Part shown: positions 48,700 through 58,100 of the stretch, piece by piece
Layout: each line of letters opens with the position of its first letter
How positions within the stretch are numbered: the first letter of the stretch is position 1
DNA from: an uncultured Ignavibacteriaceae bacterium
Lineage (GTDB): Bacteria; Bacteroidota; Ignavibacteria; Ignavibacteriales; Ignavibacteriaceae
DNA length: 64,000 bases
NCBI GenBank assembly: GCA_964431385.1
Contig: CAYSJM010000002.1
Location: 4,242 to 68,241 of the forward strand
Direction of reading: 5' to 3'
The notes under the pieces: generated by a model
Told to the model about the DNA's origin: nothing
What the model saw: only the letters and a program-made list of their open reading frames with translations
Database searches by the model: none
Position numbers and translations under genes: made by a program

Positions 48700-49797
48700 A
48701 TGAAAAAATTACTTATTATCGAAGATGATGAGAGCTTACGCACGAGTTTATTGGATATACTTTGTTCTGAAGGCTTTGAAGTTCTCTCCGCTCCAAATGG
48801 AATGAGTGCCCTGGAATCAGTGCCGATATTTCTTCCAGATCTTATCATCTCGGATGTCTCGATGCCAGAGATGGATGGCTACGAACTGCTTTCAGAACTT
48901 GCGAAGAATGAAACAACTGCGACAATTCCTTTTATCTTTCTGACTGGTCACAGCGAACGAAATTATCAGCGAAAAGCAATGGAATTAGGTGCTGATGACT
49001 TTTTGATTAAACCATTTTCGGTGGATGAGTTGTTGTTAACCATTGATGCCCGTCTCAAAAAGAGTGACAAGGTTAAGCACGCCAGCGATGAGAGAATTAA
49101 GTCGATCACCAAAAGCATTTCTTTTAGTCTTCCTCATGAATTAAATACCCCTCTTTCAGGGATCATAGGTTTCTCCGAAGTGATGATGAATGAAGCTGAT
49201 TTCATGAGCCATGAAGAGGTTCGTGAGATGGCGGGTTTCATAAATGAATCCTCACTTAGACTTAAGAAGACAATAAGTAAATACCTTAATTACTCTAAGT
49301 TACAGGTTTTGCTTAATGATCCAAATGAAAGAATAAGTCTCTTGAAAAGCGATTCAATCATATCAAACGAACTCGTTGAAGCTGTGCTGAATAAAGAAAA
49401 ATTTGATAAATCCCGATTCGACGACCTAGTAGTTGACATTGAATCGGCGATAGTTTTCATCAATGGTGATTACCTTGCTTTGTTGATGTCGGAGTTGATT
49501 GATAATGCATTCAAATTCTCCCGACAGGGTTCGAAAGTCCTGGTTAAGGGTAAAAAAGGGATAAATGTTTACTGGTTAACAATTTACGACAAGGGAAGAG
49601 GAATGAGTTCCAGACAGCTCTCGGAAATTGGGGCTTTTGTCCAATTTAACAGGGAGATGTTTGAACAACAGGGGTCAGGTCTGGGGCTCGCAATTGTGAA
49701 AAGTATTATGGGAATTTTTGACGGAAATATAAGGTTTACTTCACAACAAGGGCTTGGAACTACTGTCACCCTGGAACTTAAATTGAATAAAGAGTAA
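48700..49797 (+). CDS. Soluble hybrid REC + histidine kinase (HisKA + HATPase_c), with no sensor domain
   Basis: REC motifs LLIIEDD..LIISDVSMPEMDG..FLTG..IKP. H-box SFSLPHELNTPLSGIIGF. N box ELIDNAFKFS. G boxes YDKGRGM and GSGLGLAIV. I prefer the ATG at 48700 over the TTG at 48697. Confidence 0.8.
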   Translation: MKKLLIIEDDESLRTSLLDILCSEGFEVLSAPNGMSALESVPIFLPDLIISDVSMPEMDGYELLSELAKNETTATIPFIFLTGHSERNYQRKAMELGADDFLIKPFSVDELLLTIDARLKKSDKVKHASDERIKSITKSISFSLPHELNTPLSGIIGFSEVMMNEADFMSHEEVREMAGFINESSLRLKKTISKYLNYSKLQVLLNDPNERISLLKSDSIISNELVEAVLNKEKFDKSRFDDLVVDIESAIVFINGDYLALLMSELIDNAFKFSRQGSKVLVKGKKGINVYWLTIYDKGRGMSSRQLSEIGAFVQFNREMFEQQGSGLGLAIVKSIMGIFDGNIRFTSQQGLGTTVTLELKLNKE

Positions 49798-49869
49798 ATT
49801 TATTGGAGTGGAATCGGAAATCGAAAATGTTATATTTACGAGGTTAAAATCAATTATCCGGAGTGCAAT

Positions 49870-50796
49870 TTGAAAAGATTTCTCTTTTCAATTTTAATAT
49901 TGGCTACAGTATCAATTAATGCTCAAAACACCTTCGAGTTTCTCAGGGTTGATGTGAGTCCCAGAGCAGCAGCTCTTGGTGGAAGTTTTACAGCAGGAAC
50001 CGATGATGCCAATGTGATTCATTACAATCCCGCAGCTTTAAAGCAACTCAACGGCTCTCCTTTTTCGGCAAATTTTGTGAAACATCTGCTCGATATTAAT
50101 TTTTTTGGTGTCGCTTATTCAAAAGATTTTGAAGGAATAGGCAGATTTGGTGCCGCAGTTCGTTATGCAAACTATGGTACTTTTACTGAAGCTGATGAGT
50201 TTGGGAACAAAACGGGTACCTACGGCGTAAACGAATTGGCTTTTACAGCTGGCTATGCAAATGTTCTTGCTGATAATTTTTACTACGGTGCAAACATTAA
50301 ATTGATTCACTCTTCGATTGCATCTTACAGCTCGTCAGGAATTGCGTTTGATATCGGACTACAATATTATATTCCGTCTCAGTTGATTAACATCGGTTTC
50401 ACGATGACCAATATCGGCGGACAGCTTTCGTCTTATACCGGGGCGAACGAAAAGCTACCGTTTGATGTAAGTGTCGGTGTCTCTAAGAAACTTGAACATC
50501 TGCCTGTAAAACTTTTCCTTGACTTCCATCGTCTTAATGAAGATACTAATGAGTTTATTAAAAGATTGGAATATTTTAGTTTTGGAACAGAATTTTATCT
50601 TAGTAAAGCTCTGACTTTAAGATTAGGATACGACAATAAAAAAAGAAAAGATTTAAAGGTGGGGGATTTTGCAGGACTCGCCGGATTTAATGCCGGGTTG
50701 GGGATTAAAATTGACAAATACATTTTCGACTATGCTTTTTCATCCTACGGAGAAATAGGGGCACTCCACAGAATTGGAGTAAGCACCGAGTTCTAA
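49870..50796 (+). CDS. porQ: T9SS outer-membrane protein PorQ-like (PorV-related barrel)
   Basis: Signal peptide, then FEFLRVDVSPRAAALGGSFTAGTDDANVIHYNPAALKQL. This parallels the PorV N-terminus in this window (FLLIAPDSRGGGIGESGAG..FWNPAGIAFL). About 300 aa, ending ..HRIGVSTEF. Confidence 0.6.
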   Translation: MKRFLFSILILATVSINAQNTFEFLRVDVSPRAAALGGSFTAGTDDANVIHYNPAALKQLNGSPFSANFVKHLLDINFFGVAYSKDFEGIGRFGAAVRYANYGTFTEADEFGNKTGTYGVNELAFTAGYANVLADNFYYGANIKLIHSSIASYSSSGIAFDIGLQYYIPSQLINIGFTMTNIGGQLSSYTGANEKLPFDVSVGVSKKLEHLPVKLFLDFHRLNEDTNEFIKRLEYFSFGTEFYLSKALTLRLGYDNKKRKDLKVGDFAGLAGFNAGLGIKIDKYIFDYAFSSYGEIGALHRIGVSTEF

Positions 50797-50870
50797 GGAA
50801 CTTATTTTTGTTAAAATTTATTTGTATCTTTGATTGTTTTTTATAAATATTCTTGAGGAAAATGCTCTTA

Positions 50871-51227
50871 ATGTTAAGAGAAATGTGTAAATCTAAAATT
50901 CAAAGACCTACTGTTACAGCTTCCGAATTATATTATGAAGGAAGTTTAACTGTTGATCTTGACTTACTCGATGCTGCTGATATTTTGCCGTATGAAAAAG
51001 TACAAGTGGTTAATGTTAACAACGGCAGCCGTCTCGAAACCTACACCATTCCCGGCGAACGGGGTTCAGGCATTATTTGTTTGAATGGACCTGCTGCGAG
51101 ATTGGGTTATGTAGGCGACAAAATTGTTGTGATTTCCTACGCACAAATGGAAAATGACACGCTTGAAAATTATAAGCCTAAGGTTATTATCGTTGATGAT
51201 AATAACAAGATAACGAAGATGTTCTAA
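50871..51227 (+). CDS. panD: Aspartate 1-decarboxylase proenzyme
   Basis: [24 protein letters not shown] (Gly-Ser self-cleavage site) and NGPAARL. I prefer the ATG at 50871. The track ORF begins at a TTG at 50853. Confidence 0.85.
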   Translation: MLREMCKSKIQRPTVTASELYYEGSLTVDLDLLDAADILPYEKVQVVNVNNGSRLETYTIPGERGSGIICLNGPAARLGYVGDKIVVISYAQMENDTLENYKPKVIIVDDNNKITKMF

Positions 51228-51261
51228 ATGATGTTTATTTGAACGATTCCCGGAGAAAATT

Positions 51262-51780
51262 ATGAAAAAAATATTGATGATAGTTCTGCTAATTACTGCG
51301 GTTTCTACAGCACAGTTCAAGAAAGATCCTTTTTCAAAGCCTGAAGTCAGAGATGGTATATTCTCGAAAGAATCGACAGGGGGGAACTTCCTTTCCAATA
51401 TTTTTAATTCTGACAATTTTTCGATGAAGCACTCTTTCGACGCTTCTTTTTCAACTTTTGGTGAACACGGGATCGCTACAACTGTTTATACCAACAGCAT
51501 GTTTTATAAGTTTTCAGATAATCTGAATGTAAGGTTGGATGCCTCCCTAGTTTATTCTCCTTATAATTCACTCGGAAAAACTTTTCAAGATAACATCAAC
51601 GGCTTATACATCAGCAGAGCTGAGTTGAATTTTAAGCCGTGGGATGATACCGTAATCCGCATTCAGTATCGAAATATTCCTGCCGGGATGTACAACTCCT
51701 ATTACGGATATAACAGTCCATTCTCGGGTTACAACAGTCCTTGGGGAAATTCTTATAATGATGACTGGTTCGTCCGCTAA
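51262..51780 (+). CDS. Secreted/outer-membrane hypothetical protein with a Tyr/Asn/Ser-rich tail
   Basis: Signal peptide MKKILMIVLLITAVSTAQ and beta-strand-like alternation. The C-terminus YNSYYGYNSPFSGYNSPWGNSYNDDWFVR contains a repeated GYNSP. Confidence 0.4.
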   Translation: MKKILMIVLLITAVSTAQFKKDPFSKPEVRDGIFSKESTGGNFLSNIFNSDNFSMKHSFDASFSTFGEHGIATTVYTNSMFYKFSDNLNVRLDASLVYSPYNSLGKTFQDNINGLYISRAELNFKPWDDTVIRIQYRNIPAGMYNSYYGYNSPFSGYNSPWGNSYNDDWFVR

Positions 51781-51794
51781 GAGGCATCAATAAA

Positions 51795-52286
51795 TTGTTC
51801 TCTAAAAAGGAAGATTCTTCTGAGCAAAAGGATAAAGGTTCAGTAAAGGGACCATTAAATGCCCTTCTGAATTTATCGATCCTGATATTGTTAATTCTCC
51901 TTGGATATTTTATCTATTCCGGGATTGGAAAAATTTCCGATTCTGCCAAAGATGTGAAAGCGGGTGACAAGCCGGGCGTTCAACGACTGATACAGGTAAA
52001 GATTTATAACGGATGTGGAATAAAAGGGCTTGGCGAAAAGGTGACTGAATACCTTCGCAAAAACAATTTTGATATCATCGATGCTGAAAATTATTCATCG
52101 TTCGATGTGGAAGAGACCCTTGTTATCGATAACAGGGGAAATCGTGAAAATGCCCTTCAAACCGCCATGGTACTCGGCGTTGACCCCAAAAAAAACCTTT
52201 CAGAAAATATAAATGAAGATTATCTCCTCGATGTTATTGTTATCATCGGGAAAGATTATAAAAATCTAAAACCATTCAGCAATTAA
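51795..52286 (+). CDS. LytR_C-domain membrane-anchored protein
   Basis: Single TM, then VKIYNGCGIKGLGEKVTEYLRKNNFDIIDAENY..VIDN, which resembles the LytR C-terminal domain. Confidence 0.5.
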   Translation: MFSKKEDSSEQKDKGSVKGPLNALLNLSILILLILLGYFIYSGIGKISDSAKDVKAGDKPGVQRLIQVKIYNGCGIKGLGEKVTEYLRKNNFDIIDAENYSSFDVEETLVIDNRGNRENALQTAMVLGVDPKKNLSENINEDYLLDVIVIIGKDYKNLKPFSN

Positions 52287-52289
52287 AAA

Positions 52290-52667
52290 TTGGAAAACAT
52301 GAACGAACGCGACGAAGAACAAGATCAAATATTAAAAATTATTACAGATTCAATCTTTGAAAAAAAAGGTGCTGATGTAAAAATTCTTGATCTCAGAAAC
52401 ATAACCACAATCGCCGACTATTTTGTGATTTGTAGCGGAGAATCTGATATGCAGGTGAAGGCAATAGCTGATAATGTTGACAAAAAATTATCAGAAGAAG
52501 GAATAAAAGTTTGGAAAAAAGAAGGTTTTAAAGCCCTTTCATGGGTTCTAATTGATCTTTCCGACATTGTGATTCATGTTTTTCGTAACGAATCACGACA
52601 ATTTTACAATCTTGAAAGACTCTGGGGTGATGCACCCATCGAAGAAGTCAAAGATCCTGTCTCCTAA
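52290..52667 (+). CDS. rsfS: Ribosome silencing factor RsfS
   Basis: KGADVKILDLRNITTIADYFVICSGESDMQVKAIADNV and LIDLSDIVIHVF..R..Y.LE.LW. Confidence 0.8.
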   Translation: MENMNERDEEQDQILKIITDSIFEKKGADVKILDLRNITTIADYFVICSGESDMQVKAIADNVDKKLSEEGIKVWKKEGFKALSWVLIDLSDIVIHVFRNESRQFYNLERLWGDAPIEEVKDPVS

Positions 52668-52700
52668 ATCGATCCTTATAATTACCCAATGGAGTAAAAT

Positions 52701-54329
52701 TTGAAGAAGTATTTGTCGGGCTTGTTTGCCGGACTTAAGAATAGTTTTGACCTCACTGAAGAAATCGAACCGGGATTTGACATCCCAAAGAATGAAACTC
52801 ATGGAGATTTTTCAACAAATATTGCCATGTTATTGGCTGGGAAGCTGAAACGAAAACCCAGAGAACTTGCTCAGGAGTTAATCTATTCACTAAACTACGA
52901 CAGATCAATTATCTCCAAAGTTGAGGTTGCCGGACCCGGTTTCATCAATTTTTTCTTCACACCCGACTATATCTCCAATTCAGTAAAAAAAATACTTGAA
53001 GAAGGAAAGCAGTTTGGTAGAACTGAAGTAAATAAAGGTAAAAAAGCCAACATAGAGTTTGTATCAGCTAATCCAACCGGACCATTAACCGTTGGGCATG
53101 GCAGAAATGCAGTTAGTGGCGATACAATGGCTAACTTGCTTGAGGCGACAGGTTATGAAGTTGAGCGGGAATACTATTTTAACAACGCCGGCAGACAGAT
53201 GCGGGTACTTGGTAATTCGGTAAGACTCCGTTATTTGGAATTGACAGGTGTAACTGAAGAATTCCCTGAGGATCACTATCAGGGTGAATACATTTCTGAA
53301 ATTGCCAAATCACTCTACGATAAACATGGTGACGGCTTAAAAGATGAAGGACCCGAAGGTATTTTTAAGGATGAAGCTGAACGGGTAATTTTTGAAGACA
53401 TCAAAAAAACTCTCGGCAGGCTTGGAATAAATCATAAAATATTCTTCAACGAAAATTCTCTTTATGAAGAGGGGAAAATAGACGGGCTCCTGAATACCTT
53501 TAAGGAAAGAGGTCTCAGTTATGAAAAAGATGGGGCAGTCTGGCTTAAATTGGCAGAACTTGGCAATGAGAAGGATAAAGTAATTGTTAAAAACACAGGA
53601 GAACCTACTTACAGACTCCCTGATATCGCTTATCATGCCACTAAGTTTGATCGTGGCTATGATTTTATTGTAGATCTTTTTGGTTCCGATCATACGGCTA
53701 CATATCCTGATGTTCTTGCCGCGCTCACCGAGCTCGGGTACGATGTTGAGAAAGTAAAAGTGATGATCCATCAGTTTGTGACTATCATTAAAGATGGTAA
53801 GGCTGTGAAAATGTCAACCCGAAAAGCCAATTATATCACTCTCGACGAGTTAATAGATTGGGTGGGTTCAGATGTGGTGCGTTACTTCTTTAATATGCGG
53901 GCCATCTCCACACATTTAAATTTTGACTTAAACCTCGCAGTAAAACACTCAGAGGAGAATCCTGTATTTTACTTGCAGTATGCACATGCAAGAATCTGTT
54001 CCATTCTTCGTATGACTGATCAGGAGGGATTAAAATCTTGCACTGACAACCTTGAACTGCTTGTGACTGAAGAAGAGCAACGATTGATCAAAAAACTACT
54101 CTCATATCCTGATGTTGTTGAGGGTGCCGCAAAGGTACTCGATGCGGTAATATTGTGTGCATATCTCGAGGAACTTGCATCAGCTTTTCATAAATTTTAC
54201 ACCGTATGTAGAATTATCGGAAGTGAAACGAAACTTGCAGAAGCAAGATTAGCTCTTGTTTATGCAGTAAAGACTGTTTTTTTGAACGGGTTGAGCATCC
54301 TGGGTGTCACAGCTCCTGAAAAGATGTAA
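52701..54329 (+). CDS. argS: Arginine--tRNA ligase
   Basis: SANPTGPLTVGHGRN (HIGH-type motif), KMSTRK, and a C-terminal DALR anticodon-binding region ending ..APEKM. TTG start as listed. Confidence 0.9.
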   Translation: MKKYLSGLFAGLKNSFDLTEEIEPGFDIPKNETHGDFSTNIAMLLAGKLKRKPRELAQELIYSLNYDRSIISKVEVAGPGFINFFFTPDYISNSVKKILEEGKQFGRTEVNKGKKANIEFVSANPTGPLTVGHGRNAVSGDTMANLLEATGYEVEREYYFNNAGRQMRVLGNSVRLRYLELTGVTEEFPEDHYQGEYISEIAKSLYDKHGDGLKDEGPEGIFKDEAERVIFEDIKKTLGRLGINHKIFFNENSLYEEGKIDGLLNTFKERGLSYEKDGAVWLKLAELGNEKDKVIVKNTGEPTYRLPDIAYHATKFDRGYDFIVDLFGSDHTATYPDVLAALTELGYDVEKVKVMIHQFVTIIKDGKAVKMSTRKANYITLDELIDWVGSDVVRYFFNMRAISTHLNFDLNLAVKHSEENPVFYLQYAHARICSILRMTDQEGLKSCTDNLELLVTEEEQRLIKKLLSYPDVVEGAAKVLDAVILCAYLEELASAFHKFYTVCRIIGSETKLAEARLALVYAVKTVFLNGLSILGVTAPEKM

Positions 54330-55013
54330 TCAGGCTGTCAGAATTGAAGCTACGAAGATGTTTGCCGGTGCAGCCTCTTTAAGGGCTTTAGCGGCCTCTC
54401 TGACGGTAGAACCGGTAGTGATAACATCATCAACCAAAAGAAGTTTTTTACCCGTGAATTTTAATGGATTTTGAAGCTTAAAAGCTCCGATTATATTATG
54501 CCCCCTCTCAAATCTTGATCCTGTGGATACCTGTGTTTCTGTATATCTGATCCGTTTTAAGTCTTTAGCATTCATCGGCACTCCCAGCACTTTCGACATC
54601 CCTTTTGAAATTTCCTCTGACTGATTGTAACCGCGATTAATCAATCTCAACCTGTGAAGTGGAACAGGGATGATGAAATCGAGAGCTAAATCAGAAAAAA
54701 CCTCCATAAAATGTTCTGCGAGTACTCGTCCCAAAAACTTTCCCGCGTGCAGGTTATTGTGATATTTTAATGAATGAACAATAGTGCGTAGCGGTGATTC
54801 GTGTGAAAAACTTGCCAAAGAGACGAGTCCGGAAATGATTTCATGGTGAAATTTTTCTTCACAGAATAACTCCAGAATACCCGGGTCGAGTCTCAAATCA
54901 AAGTTGAGGCAAATATTACACAGAAATTCTTCGTTGGGTGGAAGCAGGGAATTGCAATGCAGACAAAATCGGGGGACAGCAATATCAAGGAGTTGAGTGA
55001 TTACTCCCGACAT
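54330..55013 (-). CDS. comF: ComF-family phosphoribosyltransferase-fold protein
   Basis: N-terminal Cys pairs (CLHCNS..CNIC) and the PRTase motif LLLVDDVITTGSTV. Confidence 0.7.
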   Translation of the reverse strand: MSGVITQLLDIAVPRFCLHCNSLLPPNEEFLCNICLNFDLRLDPGILELFCEEKFHHEIISGLVSLASFSHESPLRTIVHSLKYHNNLHAGKFLGRVLAEHFMEVFSDLALDFIIPVPLHRLRLINRGYNQSEEISKGMSKVLGVPMNAKDLKRIRYTETQVSTGSRFERGHNIIGAFKLQNPLKFTGKKLLLVDDVITTGSTVREAAKALKEAAPANIFVASILTA

Positions 55014-55014
55014 T

Positions 55015-57156
55015 TCACATCATACCTTCCCGTTTCCGTAAAAACCATTCCAATGAGAAGAGGGAAACTAGCAAAACGAGTAACCAGGGGTTGTTCCAGA
55101 GATTGTGAGTTTGTGTCTCCTTTACCGAAGTTGCGGATTCCTTGTTCTTCCGTTCGAGTTCATCAAACAGTTTAAGGTAATTTGGGTAAGTGTAGAAAGT
55201 ACCATCAGTTAACGATGATAAATCGCGTAAAAATCCGGGATTTGAGTAAGGGTCAACAAGCTCAATATTTACATCACCAACATTAAATGTTCCTTGGTCG
55301 CTCCCAAATTGCGTACCCGCCAAAACCCCCGTTCCAGCAAAAGTGTAATCTCCTGCTGTCTCCGGTTTAAATATCCCTTGATAAATCCCAAATCCCACGG
55401 GAGACAAATTAAATTCTGATTTACCTTTTGAGGAATTTAATGCAACCTTTACATCTGCATCAGAGAGTGGATCGAATGACTCGGTATATGCCTCGGCAAT
55501 AAACTCCACTTGTTCATTCCGTGAATAAAACTTCTTATTTGTTCTGACACTAAATCTTTTTTTATCCTTGGCAGCCCCAAGCCACTTTGCAGAACTGAAA
55601 AGAAAATCATCAAAAAGTTTTTCCTTTTTTGCTTTTAATTTCCACTTCCAGACATCTCCTGCAATTATCGCAATAGACCGCTTAAATCCAAAATTTCGGC
55701 TGACGATCAGTGGATTTGGTAGTAGTTTGTTGTTCAATTTAACATAAGCCAAAACCTGACTTTCGGGTCTTGCATCAACCCGTAAATTTGGAATCAAGAC
55801 AGGTGGAAGTGCATCCCAATCCTTTAACGCGGCAGGATCCGAAGTGTAAAACAGCGGATTTCTCTCGACTCCCTGAGCGATGCCGGGTTGGGCTTCAAAA
55901 TCAACACCAATTCCAGGACTTATGGTTACTGGTAGCCATGGTTCAAGTTTTTTTAAAAGTGATGGCTCAGAATACTGATTAATCAGAATGAAAAAGGGGA
56001 CATTTTTGTTCGAAATCAAATCGATTACTTTTTCAGATACCGCCCCCGGAATCGTTTTTGAAGGGTAATTTAAGAGAAAAAGTACACCTGTACTGTCAAA
56101 AACCGAGTTGTTAATATCTTTTTCCAATGGTTTGTCTGAGGCATCAAATGTCATCGATCTGACTGTTAAATTTGAGTCGCCTGAAAGTGCATTTTTTATA
56201 AATGTAACATCGGGGGTCGGTGCCCCTGAAAGGACTAGCACTTTTTTCCTGTTATCGATCACATTTACGAAAAAGGGGAAGATGTTGTTTTGTTTATTCA
56301 CTTCACCCGGAAAATTTTGAGCTGTTACTGCGAGTTTTTTTATTCCGGTAGATTTTGGGGTGTAAGTAAAACTTACGGAAGTTGAGCCACTTTTATCCAA
56401 CGAAATTACCTGAGAATCAAGAATTTGACCATCCTCGGTAAGACTTATTTTTATTTCGGTATCCGGAAATCCTGCTACCTGAATTGTAGCTGTGACTGGC
56501 GAACGACTCCCCTTAAATATGTAATCGTTGAATACCACATTCTCTACCACGATATCTTTTTTTGCTGATGAATCACCAAGCATCACAGAAAAAACAGGTA
56601 TTCCTAACTTCTCCGCTGAGAATAGGGGATTTGTTCCGTCTGTCATTACTCCATCAGATATGATCGAAATTGTGGCATTTTTCAGCTTTTTTTCTTTGGC
56701 GAACGCAAATATATTCTCAAAGTTGGTTACTTCACCGTCAAATTTTAACTTTTGATTTGGACTGTTGGCAGAGATTGAATCAACAGATTTTGCGAAGGAG
56801 AAAACTTTTGAGTTCTTTCCAAGTGGAGATGCTGCCAGATCGGAGAGGAATTGTGTGACAGTTTCTTCTCTTTTAGTACCATCTTTGAATGAAATCGATT
56901 CGGAACGATCAACAAAAAAGTAATGGACAGGGGTCTCGATTGAAGTGAAAGCAAGATTTAACACCGGACTGAAGAGCAACAAAGCGATTACGAGCAAGAT
57001 TGATCCTCTTAGTGCGAAAAGGAAATATCTTTTGGGTAAAGATACCACAGGTACGGTTATTCTGTAAAAATACCAGGCTAATAATGCCAATAGAATAGCT
57101 GCAATGGTATAAAACCACCAGGAACCCGAGATAAGAAGAGAAATTTGTTCCGGCAA
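55015..57156 (-). CDS. Large membrane-anchored hypothetical protein (BatA-like double-TM N-terminus, vWA-like and GATase1-like segments)
   Basis: Two N-terminal TM helices and one C-terminal TM. FFVDRSESISF resembles a vWA MIDAS start. KKVLVLSGAPTPDVTFIKNAL resembles a class-I amidotransferase-like fold. The assignment is tentative. Confidence 0.35.
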   Translation of the reverse strand: MPEQISLLISGSWWFYTIAAILLALLAWYFYRITVPVVSLPKRYFLFALRGSILLVIALLLFSPVLNLAFTSIETPVHYFFVDRSESISFKDGTKREETVTQFLSDLAASPLGKNSKVFSFAKSVDSISANSPNQKLKFDGEVTNFENIFAFAKEKKLKNATISIISDGVMTDGTNPLFSAEKLGIPVFSVMLGDSSAKKDIVVENVVFNDYIFKGSRSPVTATIQVAGFPDTEIKISLTEDGQILDSQVISLDKSGSTSVSFTYTPKSTGIKKLAVTAQNFPGEVNKQNNIFPFFVNVIDNRKKVLVLSGAPTPDVTFIKNALSGDSNLTVRSMTFDASDKPLEKDINNSVFDSTGVLFLLNYPSKTIPGAVSEKVIDLISNKNVPFFILINQYSEPSLLKKLEPWLPVTISPGIGVDFEAQPGIAQGVERNPLFYTSDPAALKDWDALPPVLIPNLRVDARPESQVLAYVKLNNKLLPNPLIVSRNFGFKRSIAIIAGDVWKWKLKAKKEKLFDDFLFSSAKWLGAAKDKKRFSVRTNKKFYSRNEQVEFIAEAYTESFDPLSDADVKVALNSSKGKSEFNLSPVGFGIYQGIFKPETAGDYTFAGTGVLAGTQFGSDQGTFNVGDVNIELVDPYSNPGFLRDLSSLTDGTFYTYPNYLKLFDELERKNKESATSVKETQTHNLWNNPWLLVLLVSLFSLEWFLRKREGMM

Positions 57157-57158
57157 AA

Positions 57159-57941
57159 TCAGTTCTCTTCAAATCCAGTTACGGCTTCAAAATCCCAACC
57201 TCTAATTGCATTCAGTTCATCGTGATCTGTAGAGTCAAGTTTTATAGGTGTAATAGAGATGTATCCGTTTTCAATGGCATTTTGATCTATAGTAAGATCG
57301 GTGCCATCCAGATTAATAAAGTCACCCTTAAGTTGGTGATATTCTCTACCGATCACATCAAAAACCGTATCATAAGTATCAGCAAATCTTGAAACGCCTT
57401 GTCTTGTGATAAGAGTTCCTTTAATCTCTCCTCTGGTAAGATTGGGGAAGTTCACATTCAGAAGTTTCCCTTTCTCAAATCCGTGTTGAAGAGCTTTAAC
57501 TGTAATTTTAGCCGCCGCTTCTGCTGCCCAGTCAATATTTTCGGAAGTTCTGCCGTTAATTGAGAATGCAATTCCCGGAATATCCATCATGGAAGCCTCT
57601 CTTGCGGCAGACACCGTACCTGAATAGACGATGTTGGTTGCAGTGTTTGAGCCATGATTTATACCGGAGACCACCACATCAGGAATAAAATTAAGAACCT
57701 TTGTAATTCCAATTTTTACACAATCTGCAGGTGTTCCATTTATTGCATACCCGAAAAATTTACCGTCAATAAAATGTTTAACCACCTTAAGTGGTCTTTT
57801 CATCGTTATCGAATGCCCAGCAGCACTCTGCTCAAATATGGGAGCTACGATAAACACTTCACCAAATTTCTCAAGTTCTCTGCTTAAAGCAATTATCCCG
57901 TAGGAGTCAATACCGTCATCGTTGGAAATTAATATCTTCAA
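57159..57941 (-). CDS. surE: 5'/3'-nucleotidase SurE
   Basis: MKILISNDDGIDSYGI, GINHGSN and YSGTVSAAREA. Confidence 0.9.
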   Translation of the reverse strand: MKILISNDDGIDSYGIIALSRELEKFGEVFIVAPIFEQSAAGHSITMKRPLKVVKHFIDGKFFGYAINGTPADCVKIGITKVLNFIPDVVVSGINHGSNTATNIVYSGTVSAAREASMMDIPGIAFSINGRTSENIDWAAEAAAKITVKALQHGFEKGKLLNVNFPNLTRGEIKGTLITRQGVSRFADTYDTVFDVIGREYHQLKGDFINLDGTDLTIDQNAIENGYISITPIKLDSTDHDELNAIRGWDFEAVTGFEEN

Positions 57942-58039
57942 TTTTTGCCTAAATTATAATAAATCAATCAAAAATATAAGAAGCAAGCCCTTAACTGACA
58001 ATGTAAAACAATTTTCTTAAAAAAAATTAAAAAAAGTAC

Positions 58040-58068
58040 TTGACAAGTGTACATTTGTACACTATATT
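58040..58068 (+). promoter_or_regulatory. lexA promoter: TTGACA, 17 bp spacer, TATATT
   Basis: TTGACA at 58040..58045 and TATATT at 58063..58068, with a 17-bp spacer. TATATTTG also fits the TAnnTTTG -7 element described for Bacteroidota promoters. Confidence 0.55.
58048..58061. promoter_or_regulatory. Putative LexA operator, perfect palindrome TGTAC-ATTT-GTACA
   Basis: A 5-N4-5 inverted repeat sits exactly between the -35 and -10 of the lexA promoter. Autoregulated lexA genes normally carry their own box. Confidence 0.6.
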
Positions 58069-58073
58069 TGTGG

Positions 58074-58087
58074 TGTACATTTGACTA
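58074..58087. promoter_or_regulatory. Second, degenerate LexA-box-like site TGTAC-ATTT-GACTA
   Basis: The 11-mer GTGTACATTTG occurs twice (58047..58057 and 58073..58083). The distal half-site of the second copy is imperfect. Confidence 0.35.
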
Positions 58088-58100
58088 CTTTAGGTGAACA

